Source: Ignavibacteriota bacterium
GTDB lineage: Bacteria; Bacteroidota; Ignavibacteria; UBA10030; CAVZMI01
Assembly: GCA_963835935.1 (NCBI GenBank)
Contig: CAWIHK010000002.1
Location: forward strand, 804,108 to 868,107
Reading direction: 5' to 3'
Length of the DNA stretch: 64,000 nucleotides
The position numbers and the translations under genes are program-made. Every line of letters begins with the position of its first letter. Positions within the stretch are counted from its first letter, which is position 1. A model generated the notes under the pieces. The model worked only from the letters and a program-made list of their open reading frames with translations, searched no databases and was not told the DNA's origin. This document shows, in pieces, positions 49,155 through 59,318 of this stretch.

Positions 49155-49757
49155 TTATTTACGATCGAAAAACTCTTCATACAAATCTGCCAATTGCTCC
49201 CGCAAGTAAAGCATAGCGTAACGTTTGCGCGAGAGAAGAGTGTTAATTGAAATGCCGGTTAATTCAGAAATTTCTTTAAAACTTTTTCCTTCCAACTCAT
49301 TCATGACAAAAACTTCCTTTTGTTCTTCCGGCAACTCGTCGAGCGTATCGGCAAGCAATGGCCAAACAGTCGAGCGAAGATATAATACATCAGGATTTTC
49401 TTTCGGATCGAACAGCATATCTTCGAGATGTAACGGAATATTATCTTCGTCGCTCTCATTGTGCATGCTGTTTATCTGTTCCAACGATAGAGTTTTACGT
49501 TTCCTATACCAATCGATGATTTTATTTCCCGCCACTCGATATAACCATGCAGTAGTATTTTCGATGGCTTCGGTTCGGGTTGTGTTAAAAAATTGATACA
49601 ACACGTCCTGCACGAGATCCTCCGCGTCGAGATCGCTTGAAATCTTCCGTCTGATAAAATCGAAGAGTCGCCTTCGATCCTTCTCAATGCTCCGAAGATT
49701 GACCACGTATTCAACTGCAGTATCGATAAAGTTCCCTTTCCTTTCCGGCATGTTCAC
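49155..49757 (-). CDS. RNA polymerase sigma-70 factor, ECF subfamily.
   Basis: Region 2 (DLVQDVLYQFF, YRVAGNKIIDWYRKRK) and region 4 (EQKEVFVMNELEGKSFKEISELTGISINTLLSRKRYAMLYLR). Confidence 0.85.
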   Translation of the reverse strand: MNMPERKGNFIDTAVEYVVNLRSIEKDRRRLFDFIRRKISSDLDAEDLVQDVLYQFFNTTRTEAIENTTAWLYRVAGNKIIDWYRKRKTLSLEQINSMHNESDEDNIPLHLEDMLFDPKENPDVLYLRSTVWPLLADTLDELPEEQKEVFVMNELEGKSFKEISELTGISINTLLSRKRYAMLYLREQLADLYEEFFDRK

Positions 49758-50067
49758 TATTCACTTTCTAAATTTAAAGACGAATAACCTCGTGAAATAT
49801 TGTAAAGGATTTCTTAACATACAAAACAGTTGACAAAAGCTGTAAAAACATTAACAATTTCACAAAACCCAACAGGAGAGTCGCTCAGTCAGGGACTATA
49901 TCAGTGAAAAGAGAAGATTTATATTCATTTATATCATCTTTCACTACAACTGAAATGTAGATATAAAGAAAGTTGTTTTATATATATGTTTTTCTTATTA
50001 TATTCTTTATGTGAGTAAATTTATTTGTCAATCAGTGACAAACCGTCTCCCAATTAAATAAGGATTA

Positions 50068-50904
50068 TTGAACGTGAGATTACGGTTAACATTAAAACCG
50101 GGGCGCTCGGATATCATTATACCTGTGAACTACAATCAATTCTTGAACACAACTATTTATTCATTGATGGGACAAATTATTCCATCGCCCGACATAGTAC
50201 AAAAAGACATCGAACCGGAACGCGAAACAGAAATTAAACGATGGCAAAGTTTTTGTTTTTCACAATTACGCATCCCATTATTCAACCTTGATCGTCGATA
50301 CAATACAATTGCAATTCTTTCCCAGGCATTGACATGGTATATTTCTTTTCCGGTCGACGATTCGAACTTTGAAACGGTGCGCGAAATGCTGGAGAAGAAA
50401 ACATTCAGCATCGGACAACCGCAAAATGAATTTCTCATCGAACAAATAGAGCTCATGCAAGTGCCCGAGTTCGGAGATCTGATGGATTTCAGTGCACTCG
50501 GCCCGATCACGATTTCGCAATCCGATGTCCAACAGCGAGGCCGTTATCCTTATTATTTGCGAGCAAATGATGATCGGCTCGCCGGAACATTGAAGATGAA
50601 CCTCCTGCAGCGATACAGATCGCTCTACGGATCGATTCCGAAAGATACAAACTTCGAAGTTACCGTCGATATGTACTACATTGCAAATCGCGGCGGCGTT
50701 GCAAAAGTTACGAAATTGATTTTCCTCAAAGAAAATCAGCCCGACGAGATGCGTGTGTACGGTTTTCTCTGTCCCGTGACAATTGAAGGAAATCCGGAAC
50801 TCATCAAGTTCGCTTATGAAACAGGGCTCGGTGAAAAAGGACAATTCGGATTCGGAATGCTGGATGTCCGGAGAGAACAAGGCGCGATTGATAATCTCGT
50901 CTGA
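50068..50904 (+). CDS. cas6: Cas6-family CRISPR-associated endoribonuclease homologue, orphan (no array or other cas genes in the window).
   Basis: N-terminus MNVRLRLTLKP...IIPVNYNQFLNTTIYSLM resembles the Cas6 N-terminus (compare P. furiosus Cas6 [34 protein letters not shown] as I remember it). C-terminal glycine-rich loop AYETGLGEKGQFGFGMLDV (compare GYEVGFGEKNSLGFGMVKV). Confidence 0.7.
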   Translation: MNVRLRLTLKPGRSDIIIPVNYNQFLNTTIYSLMGQIIPSPDIVQKDIEPERETEIKRWQSFCFSQLRIPLFNLDRRYNTIAILSQALTWYISFPVDDSNFETVREMLEKKTFSIGQPQNEFLIEQIELMQVPEFGDLMDFSALGPITISQSDVQQRGRYPYYLRANDDRLAGTLKMNLLQRYRSLYGSIPKDTNFEVTVDMYYIANRGGVAKVTKLIFLKENQPDEMRVYGFLCPVTIEGNPELIKFAYETGLGEKGQFGFGMLDVRREQGAIDNLV

Positions 50905-51026
50905 AGATTTTGTTTTATAAATTAAACCTACGCCGAAACATCGCCGTAGGTTTTTTCATTCTATAACCGAAGCCGGGATATTTTCCCCCATGTTGAAAGA
51001 AACTTAATCGATCGATTGAATCATTC

Positions 51027-52196
51027 ATGAATCCTGAAGAGAGTGCAACCATACGCAATAATGAATCCGCATCTGATCGCGTGGCATTTTATTGCAGTTC
51101 CAAAAGTTATGGCGGTTTGGAGATCAATGTTCTCCGTTTGATACAATGGATGCAGGAACGCGGAACCTCAATCCTTCTTTTCGCATATCCCGAATCTCCG
51201 CTGGCAACTGCAGCGAGAGAATTGAAAATAAAACTAGTCGAAATCGACATCAATAAAAAATACTTCGATTTCAAACACGCAAAAAAAGTAGCTGCTGAAT
51301 TAAAGAGATTCCGCATCAAGTTGTTATTTGTCGGCGCTACAAGAGATGTTCAGTTTGGCAGTTTAATAAAAAGATTTTACTGCCCCGCATTGAAACTCGT
51401 CTATCAACAACACATGCAATTAGGAGTTCCAAAGCGGGATTTTCTCCACACGATGTATTTCAAACAATACGATGCCTGGATAACACCTTTGCAATATCTA
51501 AAAGATCAGGTTCAAACCCTGACAAAGTTCGACATGTCAAAAGTCCATGTCATCCCATTTTGTATTGATACTAAGCAAATGCTTCAGCGAAATATTTCTC
51601 GTGAAGAAGCCCGACGGGAACTTCATCTTCCGGATGATAAAATAATCATCGGCACACTAGGACGCATCGACCCAAAGAAAGATCAGGAATTTCTCGTTCG
51701 CGCGATTCAATCTCTCCGCTCGAATAACTATAATATCGACGCCTTGCTAATGGGAGCACCTACACTTAATGAAGGAAACGATTATTACAATCGGATACAG
51801 ATGTTGGTGAAAGATTTTGGACTGGATGACCATATTCACTTCAGACCATTTACTGATGACACAGTTCCATTTTTTAAAGCGATCGATTTTTTTGCAATGA
51901 CCACGACTGCAGAAACATACGGCATGGTGACAATTGAAGCAATGGCACACTGTGTGCCCGTGATAGCAAACAATACCGGCGGCAGTAAAGAGATTCTTGA
52001 ACAAGGCAATCTGGGTTTTCTCTATGAACCCGGTAATCTCGAAGATTTTACAAATAAAGTGATCCGGCTGTTGAAAGATGAAAATGTTGCGATGAATTTC
52101 AAAATGAATGGCGCACGTTCGGCTCTCAACACATATGATAAAAAATTCGAGTGCGAAAAAATTGAAAATCTTTTTAAAAAACTACTTTCGCGATAA
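51027..52196 (+). CDS. Glycosyltransferase family 4 (GT1/GT4 clan, GT-B fold).
   Basis: C-terminal EX7E-type motif (AETYGMVTIEAMAHCVPVIANNTGG). Confidence 0.8.
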   Translation: MNPEESATIRNNESASDRVAFYCSSKSYGGLEINVLRLIQWMQERGTSILLFAYPESPLATAARELKIKLVEIDINKKYFDFKHAKKVAAELKRFRIKLLFVGATRDVQFGSLIKRFYCPALKLVYQQHMQLGVPKRDFLHTMYFKQYDAWITPLQYLKDQVQTLTKFDMSKVHVIPFCIDTKQMLQRNISREEARRELHLPDDKIIIGTLGRIDPKKDQEFLVRAIQSLRSNNYNIDALLMGAPTLNEGNDYYNRIQMLVKDFGLDDHIHFRPFTDDTVPFFKAIDFFAMTTTAETYGMVTIEAMAHCVPVIANNTGGSKEILEQGNLGFLYEPGNLEDFTNKVIRLLKDENVAMNFKMNGARSALNTYDKKFECEKIENLFKKLLSR

Positions 52197-52428
52197 GCAA
52201 TTATATTGATCTCTCAAGACAGAAATGAAGCAACGAAAGCTCCTTAAGTTCCAAAATCCAACTTTCAAACTCCAAACAAGGCCCAAAATACAAAATCCAA
52301 ATCACAATAAAAAAGCTCTGTATAGACGTTTTGGTTTTGAAATTTATATTTTGTTTGAGATTTGGTATTTGTGATTTCTAATTTAATCTTCGATTAGAAA
52401 AATTTTTATTTTAAGAACAAATTATTTT

Positions 52429-53274
52429 TTACTTTTTCATTTTCCATTCCTGTATCATTTTTCCCAGGGCTATCGTGTCTTCTTTCGAATTTTGAGCTAT
52501 ACCTAGTTTTACAGCCTCTTCAGCTGTTGATACTGCTTCGCTGAATCTATTTAATTGTGCCAGAAGTTCCGCTTTTGTACGCATGTTAGTATAATTTTTT
52601 TCTAACGCTATCGATCTGTCAATCCATCCTAACGCTTCATTCATGTATGTCTTATTATCCAAAGCATATCTCGCAGCTCCGTTCAAACCGCGCCAATCGG
52701 CCAACGACGATTGAATTTTTGAGAGAGTGTTGAATTCAATTTTAAAACCGATCCGCAGTCGTTCCCACGCGAGCCCAATCCGTGCGGAACTCGATGTTAA
52801 ATCTTCGAAGCTATACGACAGCCATTCTTCAAACGATCCTTGCTCAGGTACCACCTTAACTCGAAGAACATCGAATTTCGGATCGTAGATAGTTCCCCAA
52901 CTTTTTATTTCGCTGTTGAAAATAACTGTCCACTCTCTTTCAGTCGGAATCATAACCAGCCGGTAAGTTCCCGCGGGAATCCGTTTACCTTCAACCTGCA
53001 CCTCGTCGCTAAAGGTAATTAGCGTCGGTTCATTGGCGCCGCTGCGCCACACTTCATTGAACGGAACAAGTTTCCCCCATATCACGCGTCCCTTCACTCC
53101 CGGACGATGATAAGAGATCGCAACTTCACTCAAGCCGATCGTCTGTTCCACTTTCGCTCGCTGACTCACGCGTGGAATGCGGGCTTGATTTTGGGCGATT
53201 GCTATCGAAATAAATCCAAAGATGGACATGACAGCAAAAAATATTTTTAATGTATTCATACTATCCTCTTTCAA
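52429..53274 (-). CDS. Secreted DUF2911-like protein.
   Basis: Signal peptide. ISYHRPGVKGRVIWGKLVPFNEVWRSGANEPTLITFS pattern. Confidence 0.5.
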   Translation of the reverse strand: MKEDSMNTLKIFFAVMSIFGFISIAIAQNQARIPRVSQRAKVEQTIGLSEVAISYHRPGVKGRVIWGKLVPFNEVWRSGANEPTLITFSDEVQVEGKRIPAGTYRLVMIPTEREWTVIFNSEIKSWGTIYDPKFDVLRVKVVPEQGSFEEWLSYSFEDLTSSSARIGLAWERLRIGFKIEFNTLSKIQSSLADWRGLNGAARYALDNKTYMNEALGWIDRSIALEKNYTNMRTKAELLAQLNRFSEAVSTAEEAVKLGIAQNSKEDTIALGKMIQEWKMKK

Positions 53275-53609
53275 AACTAATCAGCATTATAAAATATAGG
53301 CCAGTAATTACACGAATTTTTAATAAAAAATCTTGGACCGACTTTCTATTTACTTTCACTTTTTCATTTTAATTCGTGAAATTCTCCCTAAGGGATTCCT
53401 TCGGAAGTGGTAAAAAATTATATCACTGCATAATTATATTCTTTCATTCCGCTATTTCAATGAGACTATTTCAAATATTACTCTATTTGAAATCAAAATT
53501 CAAGACGATGAACTGGAATTTCAAATATAAATATCGGATATTGAGGTATATTATTTTGATACTTCAGCAATCGATAGACTTTCTTATAAAGCCGGAGGAG
53601 TAATCATCC

Positions 53610-54599
53610 ATGTCTAAACAAGTCAATATAAGAAGCAGTAAGCAAGAATTATTCGATGCTTATCAAGAATCATTAAACAAACTTCAGGAACAGGACAAAA
53701 ATCCACAGCAAGAGAAGAAAAAAAATGCGGAAAGCGCGCTTGTCGAAAAAGTATCAGCTTTATCGGTCGATTCCATTATTCAAAGTCTTAACTCCTTACG
53801 ACTTGATATTGCAAAAATGCTTGATGCGCTTGGAGAACGACTTATTGTTGAACATAAAAAATTCAACGAACTAACAAATGCCGTCTCGGTGGAACAGCAA
53901 ACTTTAGAAGAACTCTTCAGCATTAAAGTACAGTCCGATTCACTTTCTGCATTGCTCGCTGCACAAAAAGAACGGCAAATGGCATTCGAATCTGAAATGA
54001 CAACACGCCGTCAGCAATGGAAAATCGAACAGGATCAATTTGAATCGGCGAGAAAAGAATATGAGCAGCAAATTAAGAAAGATCGTGAGCGGGAAAAAGC
54101 AGACTACCAATATAATTTAACATTAGAACGAAAACGTGATGAAGATGTTTATGCCGCTAAGAAAATTTCCCTAGAAAAAGAGCTTCTCGACTTACGTGTA
54201 AAAATGGAATCTGATCTGAATAGCCGTGAAAAAGCCATTGCGGAACGAGAAAAACAATTTTCCGATTTGCAGCGAACGGTTGAAGAATATCCGAAACAAT
54301 TGGACAAAGCCATACACGAAGCTACAGTAAAAGTTCGCAGTGAACTTGAATTGCAGCACAAACATGAGATTGAACTGCGTGATCGCGAAATCGAAGGCGA
54401 CCGTAAATTACAAAAACAGACTATCGACACGCTTCAAACAAAAATTAAGGAGATGGAAGAACAGATTAAACGGCTCACTCTGCAATCAGATGAAGCAAGG
54501 AAACAAGTGAATGGCCTTGCACTTAAAGCTCTTGAATCGGCATCGACACAGCGACCTATAGCCGCTGCGGTTGAAACCAAAACACAAGATTCAAAGTAA
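53610..54599 (+). CDS. Coiled-coil hypothetical protein (Glu/Lys/Gln-rich).
   Basis: Heptad-like charged composition. No catalytic motif. 1-bp overlap with the downstream GH20-like gene. Confidence 0.45.
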   Translation: MSKQVNIRSSKQELFDAYQESLNKLQEQDKNPQQEKKKNAESALVEKVSALSVDSIIQSLNSLRLDIAKMLDALGERLIVEHKKFNELTNAVSVEQQTLEELFSIKVQSDSLSALLAAQKERQMAFESEMTTRRQQWKIEQDQFESARKEYEQQIKKDREREKADYQYNLTLERKRDEDVYAAKKISLEKELLDLRVKMESDLNSREKAIAEREKQFSDLQRTVEEYPKQLDKAIHEATVKVRSELELQHKHEIELRDREIEGDRKLQKQTIDTLQTKIKEMEEQIKRLTLQSDEARKQVNGLALKALESASTQRPIAAAVETKTQDSK

Positions 54600-57184
54600 T
54601 GATGTGGATTACAATGCTCGATATTCTCCGATGCGCATTTTGTCTATCAAAAAATTATTTTTCGGGACCAAGAGTCAAAATTACGAATAGACGGTTAATT
54701 ACATTCACACTAATCGCTCTTATTTGCAGCATTTCACTTGCTGAGCCAACGAAACAATTTCGTACACTCTCCATCATCCCGGAACCACAACGTATTGAAC
54801 TCCTCGAAGGCTCATTCACACTCTCGACATCAACAACCATTGTTCTCGCCAAAGGCACTTCTGCACGTGAACGTTTTGCCGCCGAACAATTGCAATCGGA
54901 AATTCAACAAGCCGCGGACATAAAGCTTAAAATCGCCGACGAGACTAAAAAAAATGTCAATCAGAATTGCATCATTCTCACAAACGATTCGGCATCGCAG
55001 TTCATAAAAGAAACAGGACTTATTCTCACCCAAGAAATGAAGGATGAAGGTTACATCTTGAGTGTAACTAACCGCCGGGTTGTCGTCGGCGGTGCAACTT
55101 CTCATGGTGTGTTTAATGGTGTTATGAGTTTATGTCAGATGCTGCAAAAGGAAGAAGCAAAAATAATTCTTCCTGCGGTAAAGATCCGCGATTGGCCGAT
55201 GATGCCGTTCCGTGGAATATCGGACGATATGAGCCGCGGTCAATCTTCAACCATGGATAATCTGAAGTACATCATCAAGACACTAGCACGATACAAATAC
55301 AATGTGTATTCTCCTTACATAGAAGATATCTTCGCGTTTAAAAAATATCCTGCGATCTGGAAAAACCGCGGAGCCCTCACAAAGGAACAAATCGGCGAAC
55401 TCGAAGATTTCGCGGATCATTATTATATTGAAATTATCCCCATCTTCGAGACGCTCGGCCACTTTGAAAATATTTTATTAAAGCCCGAGTTTCAAAAGTA
55501 TGCAGATTTTCCCGGAGCCCAAGCGCTCAATGTAACAAATGAGGAGACATACAAATTCCTGCAGGATTTGATCGACGATATTGCGACCGCCTTCAGGTCG
55601 ACTTATTTCAATATGGCAGCCGATGAATCATACGACATCGGACTCGGCGCAAGCAAAGAATTCGTTTCGAAAACCAACCTCGCAACGGTTCATGCAGAAC
55701 ATTACAAACGTGTTATCGAGATGCTGTCCAGGCACAATAAAAAAGTGATGATGTATGCCGATATGATGATCGATAATCCCGATCTCTTCGAAAAACTTCC
55801 GAAAGATATCACGCTGGTTTATTGGAGATACAATCCCCTTTTATCATACCCACAATTAGATAAAATAAAAACTACAGGATTCCGTTTTATCGTTTCACCT
55901 GCCAACTGGAACTTCATCAATCCATTTACAAACTATGCTTCTTCACTTCCGAATATTCAAAATCTTATTCGTGAAGGATACAAGGACGGTGCAATCGGTG
56001 CGTTGATTTCAAATTGGGGAGATTACGGCGGAGAGACACTTCGGGAATTCAATTGGTACGGCAATGCTTGGGGAGCGGAGTGCTGCTGGTCGCCATTGAA
56101 ATCGAACATCGCACGTTTCAATAGAAAATTTTTCAAGGATTTCTACGGCACCGACAGCAACGACATGGAATTACTTTACTCGTTGTTGACAAGCGAAAAT
56201 TCCCTGATGTACTGGAGTGAAGTGTGGCGGCATCCGTTCCTTCCTGTAAAAGATGAAACAGGAGCGGCTACCAGAGTGGTCTCCATCGAAGCATCCATCC
56301 CATTGCTACAAAAACTACTACGGAACATCGAAGACGAAGTGACGCGAAATAAGGACCACATTCAATATCTTCAATTCGCAACTCACCTTTACGAATGGTA
56401 CGCTAATAAAATAATGACAGCGAATGAGATAGAACGCATCTGTGCTGAAAAACCGGACTCGGAAAAAATCGATCATTGCATCGAACGCTGTATCAATGTC
56501 TGTGACGATCTGAAAAATCTCAAAGAAGAATTCAAAACCGTTTGGCTCAAAAACTACCGCGAAGATAATCTTGATTTATTGTTGAATCGTTATGATAGAC
56601 AAATTGCGTACTGGCAAGAAAAAATTGGAGAGCTGCAGCGAAATCAACTCAACGTCAATCCGGAAATCGAAAGTTCGACTATCTCTGCGCCTTTCGGCTA
56701 CCATAATGACGGACAGACGAAGAAAACATTTTTTCGGAAAGAATTCATACTCGACAACAAACCGAACTCCGCGCTTCTTCAACTGATCGGAGATTCGTGG
56801 GCAAAATTATATGTCAATGATTCGCTTGCGGGCGAGGTGATGGCAAGAAGATCGCTCTCCCTTATCGTTGAAAACGAGCGAGTAAAACTAATCGATATTT
56901 CACCATTACTGAAGAGCGGTAAAAACGTCATCGCCGCAGAAGTCCAGAATTTTGACAAGCGCGGATGGGCAGCCCTCAACATCTATGCGGAGATAAAAAC
57001 AGATTCGGGAATACAAAAAATTCGTACCGATACATCGTGGAAGGTTTCAGAAAAATTTTCGCCTAACTGGACATCGACTGCATTTCAGGACATTCACTGG
57101 CACAACGCCGTTTCAAAAGATAACGGGTGGACAATCATCCGCCCGAATTTTGAAACACATCGCAAATCATGGATTGAACGGTAA
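54599..57184 (+). CDS. Glycoside hydrolase family 20-like (beta-N-acetylhexosaminidase-like) protein with C-terminal accessory domains.
   Basis: N-terminal GH20b-type domain (IIPEPQRIELLEGSFTL). Catalytic-domain start IRDWPMMPFRGISDDMSRGQ...YKYNVYSPYIEDIF. The canonical H-x-GG-DE motif is not clearly seen, so the family call is tentative. Confidence 0.6.
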   Translation: MMWITMLDILRCAFCLSKNYFSGPRVKITNRRLITFTLIALICSISLAEPTKQFRTLSIIPEPQRIELLEGSFTLSTSTTIVLAKGTSARERFAAEQLQSEIQQAADIKLKIADETKKNVNQNCIILTNDSASQFIKETGLILTQEMKDEGYILSVTNRRVVVGGATSHGVFNGVMSLCQMLQKEEAKIILPAVKIRDWPMMPFRGISDDMSRGQSSTMDNLKYIIKTLARYKYNVYSPYIEDIFAFKKYPAIWKNRGALTKEQIGELEDFADHYYIEIIPIFETLGHFENILLKPEFQKYADFPGAQALNVTNEETYKFLQDLIDDIATAFRSTYFNMAADESYDIGLGASKEFVSKTNLATVHAEHYKRVIEMLSRHNKKVMMYADMMIDNPDLFEKLPKDITLVYWRYNPLLSYPQLDKIKTTGFRFIVSPANWNFINPFTNYASSLPNIQNLIREGYKDGAIGALISNWGDYGGETLREFNWYGNAWGAECCWSPLKSNIARFNRKFFKDFYGTDSNDMELLYSLLTSENSLMYWSEVWRHPFLPVKDETGAATRVVSIEASIPLLQKLLRNIEDEVTRNKDHIQYLQFATHLYEWYANKIMTANEIERICAEKPDSEKIDHCIERCINVCDDLKNLKEEFKTVWLKNYREDNLDLLLNRYDRQIAYWQEKIGELQRNQLNVNPEIESSTISAPFGYHNDGQTKKTFFRKEFILDNKPNSALLQLIGDSWAKLYVNDSLAGEVMARRSLSLIVENERVKLIDISPLLKSGKNVIAAEVQNFDKRGWAALNIYAEIKTDSGIQKIRTDTSWKVSEKFSPNWTSTAFQDIHWHNAVSKDNGWTIIRPNFETHRKSWIER

Positions 57185-57187
57185 CCG

Positions 57188-58237
57188 ATGAAAAAAATTC
57201 TTCGCAACACGATAAATTATTCGCTGAGTTTTATTCTATCCATCCTCTTTCTCTATTTCGCATTTAAGGATACGGATTTCCTTCAACTGTGGGAGATATT
57301 GAAGACAACTAATTATTTTTGGGTGTTCATGATTCTTCCATGCTTGTTCATAAGCCACTTCATCCGCGCATGGAGATGGCAAGTATTCCTCAAGCCTATT
57401 AAAAAAACATCGCTCCGCAATTGCTGGTCGGCGCTCTTGATCGGATACATGGCGAACAATGTTCTTCCGCGTGCCGGCGAATTCGTGCGCCCGCTCTCGA
57501 TCGGAAAATTGGAAGGCATATCACGTTCGGCGTCGTTCGGAACAGTTCTCTACGAACGGATCATCGATATACTCATCATGCTGTTCCTGCTCATCGCACT
57601 TTTGTTCTTCTATCATGAAGCAATCAACTCCGCGTTCCCCGAATTCGCGATTCTCGGTTTACATTTCTCGATCATGAATTTTGTTATTATCTTGAGCATC
57701 GCGGAAGCGGCCGGAACAGGTTTGGTTGGATTGCTCGTATTTAACCGGCTACTCGGCGAGAAAATTTTTACCGCATTGTTCCGGTTCCTGCCCGAAAAAA
57801 TCTCCGTTCGCGGAAACCGCGTTTTACATTCTTTACTCGATGGTTTTCTCACCATGAAGGACAAAGAAAATTATTTAATAAACGTCGTACTAAGCATTGT
57901 AACGTGGCTTTTGTATGCCTTCATGATGTATTTTCCGCTTCTTGCATTTCCAGGAATGCCGGTAAACGCACAAACCTTCACGGCGGCATTGGTTATTCTT
58001 GCAATCTCAAACATCGGGTTGGTTCTTCCAACACCCGGCGGTATCGGTACTTATCATTACTTCGTGATGATAACCCTCCAAAAAATTTACAACGTCCCGC
58101 TTGAAGTCGCTCTTGGGTATGCAGTCGTCACTCATGCGGCGGGTTATATCTCGGTTACAATCGCAGGATTAATATACTTTTTGAAGGATCACATATCCTT
58201 CAAAGAAGCACTGAAAACAGAAGTTGAGAATTCATAA
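57188..58237 (+). CDS. Lysylphosphatidylglycerol-synthase-TM-like / UPF0104 flippase-like membrane protein.
   Basis: About 8 TM segments. N-terminal pattern typical of the family. Confidence 0.65.
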   Translation: MKKILRNTINYSLSFILSILFLYFAFKDTDFLQLWEILKTTNYFWVFMILPCLFISHFIRAWRWQVFLKPIKKTSLRNCWSALLIGYMANNVLPRAGEFVRPLSIGKLEGISRSASFGTVLYERIIDILIMLFLLIALLFFYHEAINSAFPEFAILGLHFSIMNFVIILSIAEAAGTGLVGLLVFNRLLGEKIFTALFRFLPEKISVRGNRVLHSLLDGFLTMKDKENYLINVVLSIVTWLLYAFMMYFPLLAFPGMPVNAQTFTAALVILAISNIGLVLPTPGGIGTYHYFVMITLQKIYNVPLEVALGYAVVTHAAGYISVTIAGLIYFLKDHISFKEALKTEVENS

Positions 58238-58304
58238 ATAAATATTATCTTATATAATAGCTTTGTATCGCAACTACTGAATAAATTGAAACAGGAACAC
58301 ACCG

Positions 58305-58664
58305 ATGAAATTTGGCGCCCGTATACTTGTTATTGACGATCAGAAAGATTTTCGTGAACTCATGAGGGAGTGGGTTGAAGCACGGGGGTTTTTATTTCTC
58401 GATGCAAAACACGGTCAGGATGGTCTCGATCTCATGCAAACTACACCGGTCGATCTCGTGATCGTAGATCTTGACATGCCGGTGTTGAACGGACTCGATT
58501 TCACAATCGAGTCAAAGAAACTATATCCGCATGTCCCGGTAATCATGGTCACAGCGTATTCACCGTTCTATTCTACCGATGAAATTTTATCAACAGGAAT
58601 CGACGCATTCCTGAAAAAACCGATCGATCTTGACACGTTGATGAAAACTATTCAAGCGTTGTGA
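58305..58664 (+). CDS. Single-domain response regulator (CheY-like receiver).
   Basis: ILVIDDQ...D...DLDMP...K receiver motifs. Confidence 0.8.
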   Translation: MKFGARILVIDDQKDFRELMREWVEARGFLFLDAKHGQDGLDLMQTTPVDLVIVDLDMPVLNGLDFTIESKKLYPHVPVIMVTAYSPFYSTDEILSTGIDAFLKKPIDLDTLMKTIQAL

Positions 58665-58688
58665 TAATACGTTTGAGGAATTTAGACT

Positions 58689-59312
58689 GTGCGTTTAAGC
58701 ATCCACACCGAGAATCCGCAATCGCGTGCTGTTGCAAAAGCGATCGAGATTCTGAGCCACGGTGGAGTTATCGTCTATCCTACCGACACGGTTTACGGGC
58801 TGGGCTGCGATCTCATGAACAAAGAAGCCGTAGAGCGTGTGCACTTTTTAAAACGGCAGGATATTTCGAAACCTTTTAGCTTTCTCTGCTCCGACCTCAA
58901 AAACATCAGCGAGTATGCAAAAGTGTCGAACCAGGCATTCAGGTTAATTAAACATCTTATTCCCGGGCCGTACACTTTTTTGCTTCCCGCTGCACGAATG
59001 AAATCGATTCCAAAAATTGTGGTCAGCAAACGAAAGACAGTCGGCATCAGAGTTCCAAAAAGCAACGTGTGCCATGCAATCATCAGCGCACTCGGACATC
59101 CGATCATTAGCACAAGCGTAACAAACGAAGACGGAAAAATTTTAACAAACCCGGATGATATTCATAAACTTCTGGGCAGTCAAATTGATTTGATTCTCGA
59201 CTCGGGGAGACTCCCTGCCATCCCCTCAACAATAATCGACCTCACATCCGGACAACCGGTAATAGTGCGCGAAGGAGCAGGCAATATCACATTAGTAAAA
59301 CAATTCTCATAA
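58689..59312 (+). CDS. tsaC: L-threonylcarbamoyladenylate synthase (TsaC/YrdC family).
   Basis: YPTDTVYGLGCDL motif. Length about 200 aa. Confidence 0.8.
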   Translation: MRLSIHTENPQSRAVAKAIEILSHGGVIVYPTDTVYGLGCDLMNKEAVERVHFLKRQDISKPFSFLCSDLKNISEYAKVSNQAFRLIKHLIPGPYTFLLPAARMKSIPKIVVSKRKTVGIRVPKSNVCHAIISALGHPIISTSVTNEDGKILTNPDDIHKLLGSQIDLILDSGRLPAIPSTIIDLTSGQPVIVREGAGNITLVKQFS

Positions 59313-59318
59313 AAAATT

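Noticed and set aside
49900-49960. Possible CRISPR repeat or leader upstream of cas6 (ATCTTTCACTACAACTGAAATGTAGAT hairpin).
   Set aside because: It is a single copy only, with no repeat-spacer periodicity anywhere within 64 kb, so it is not an array.
52200-52428. Possible inverted repeat or small RNA in the CAAA(A/T)CCAAA-rich spacer between the convergent GT4 and DUF2911 genes.
   Set aside because: The two arms are only compositionally similar (low-complexity A/C versus T/G runs), not true reverse complements. It is probably just a bidirectional terminator region.
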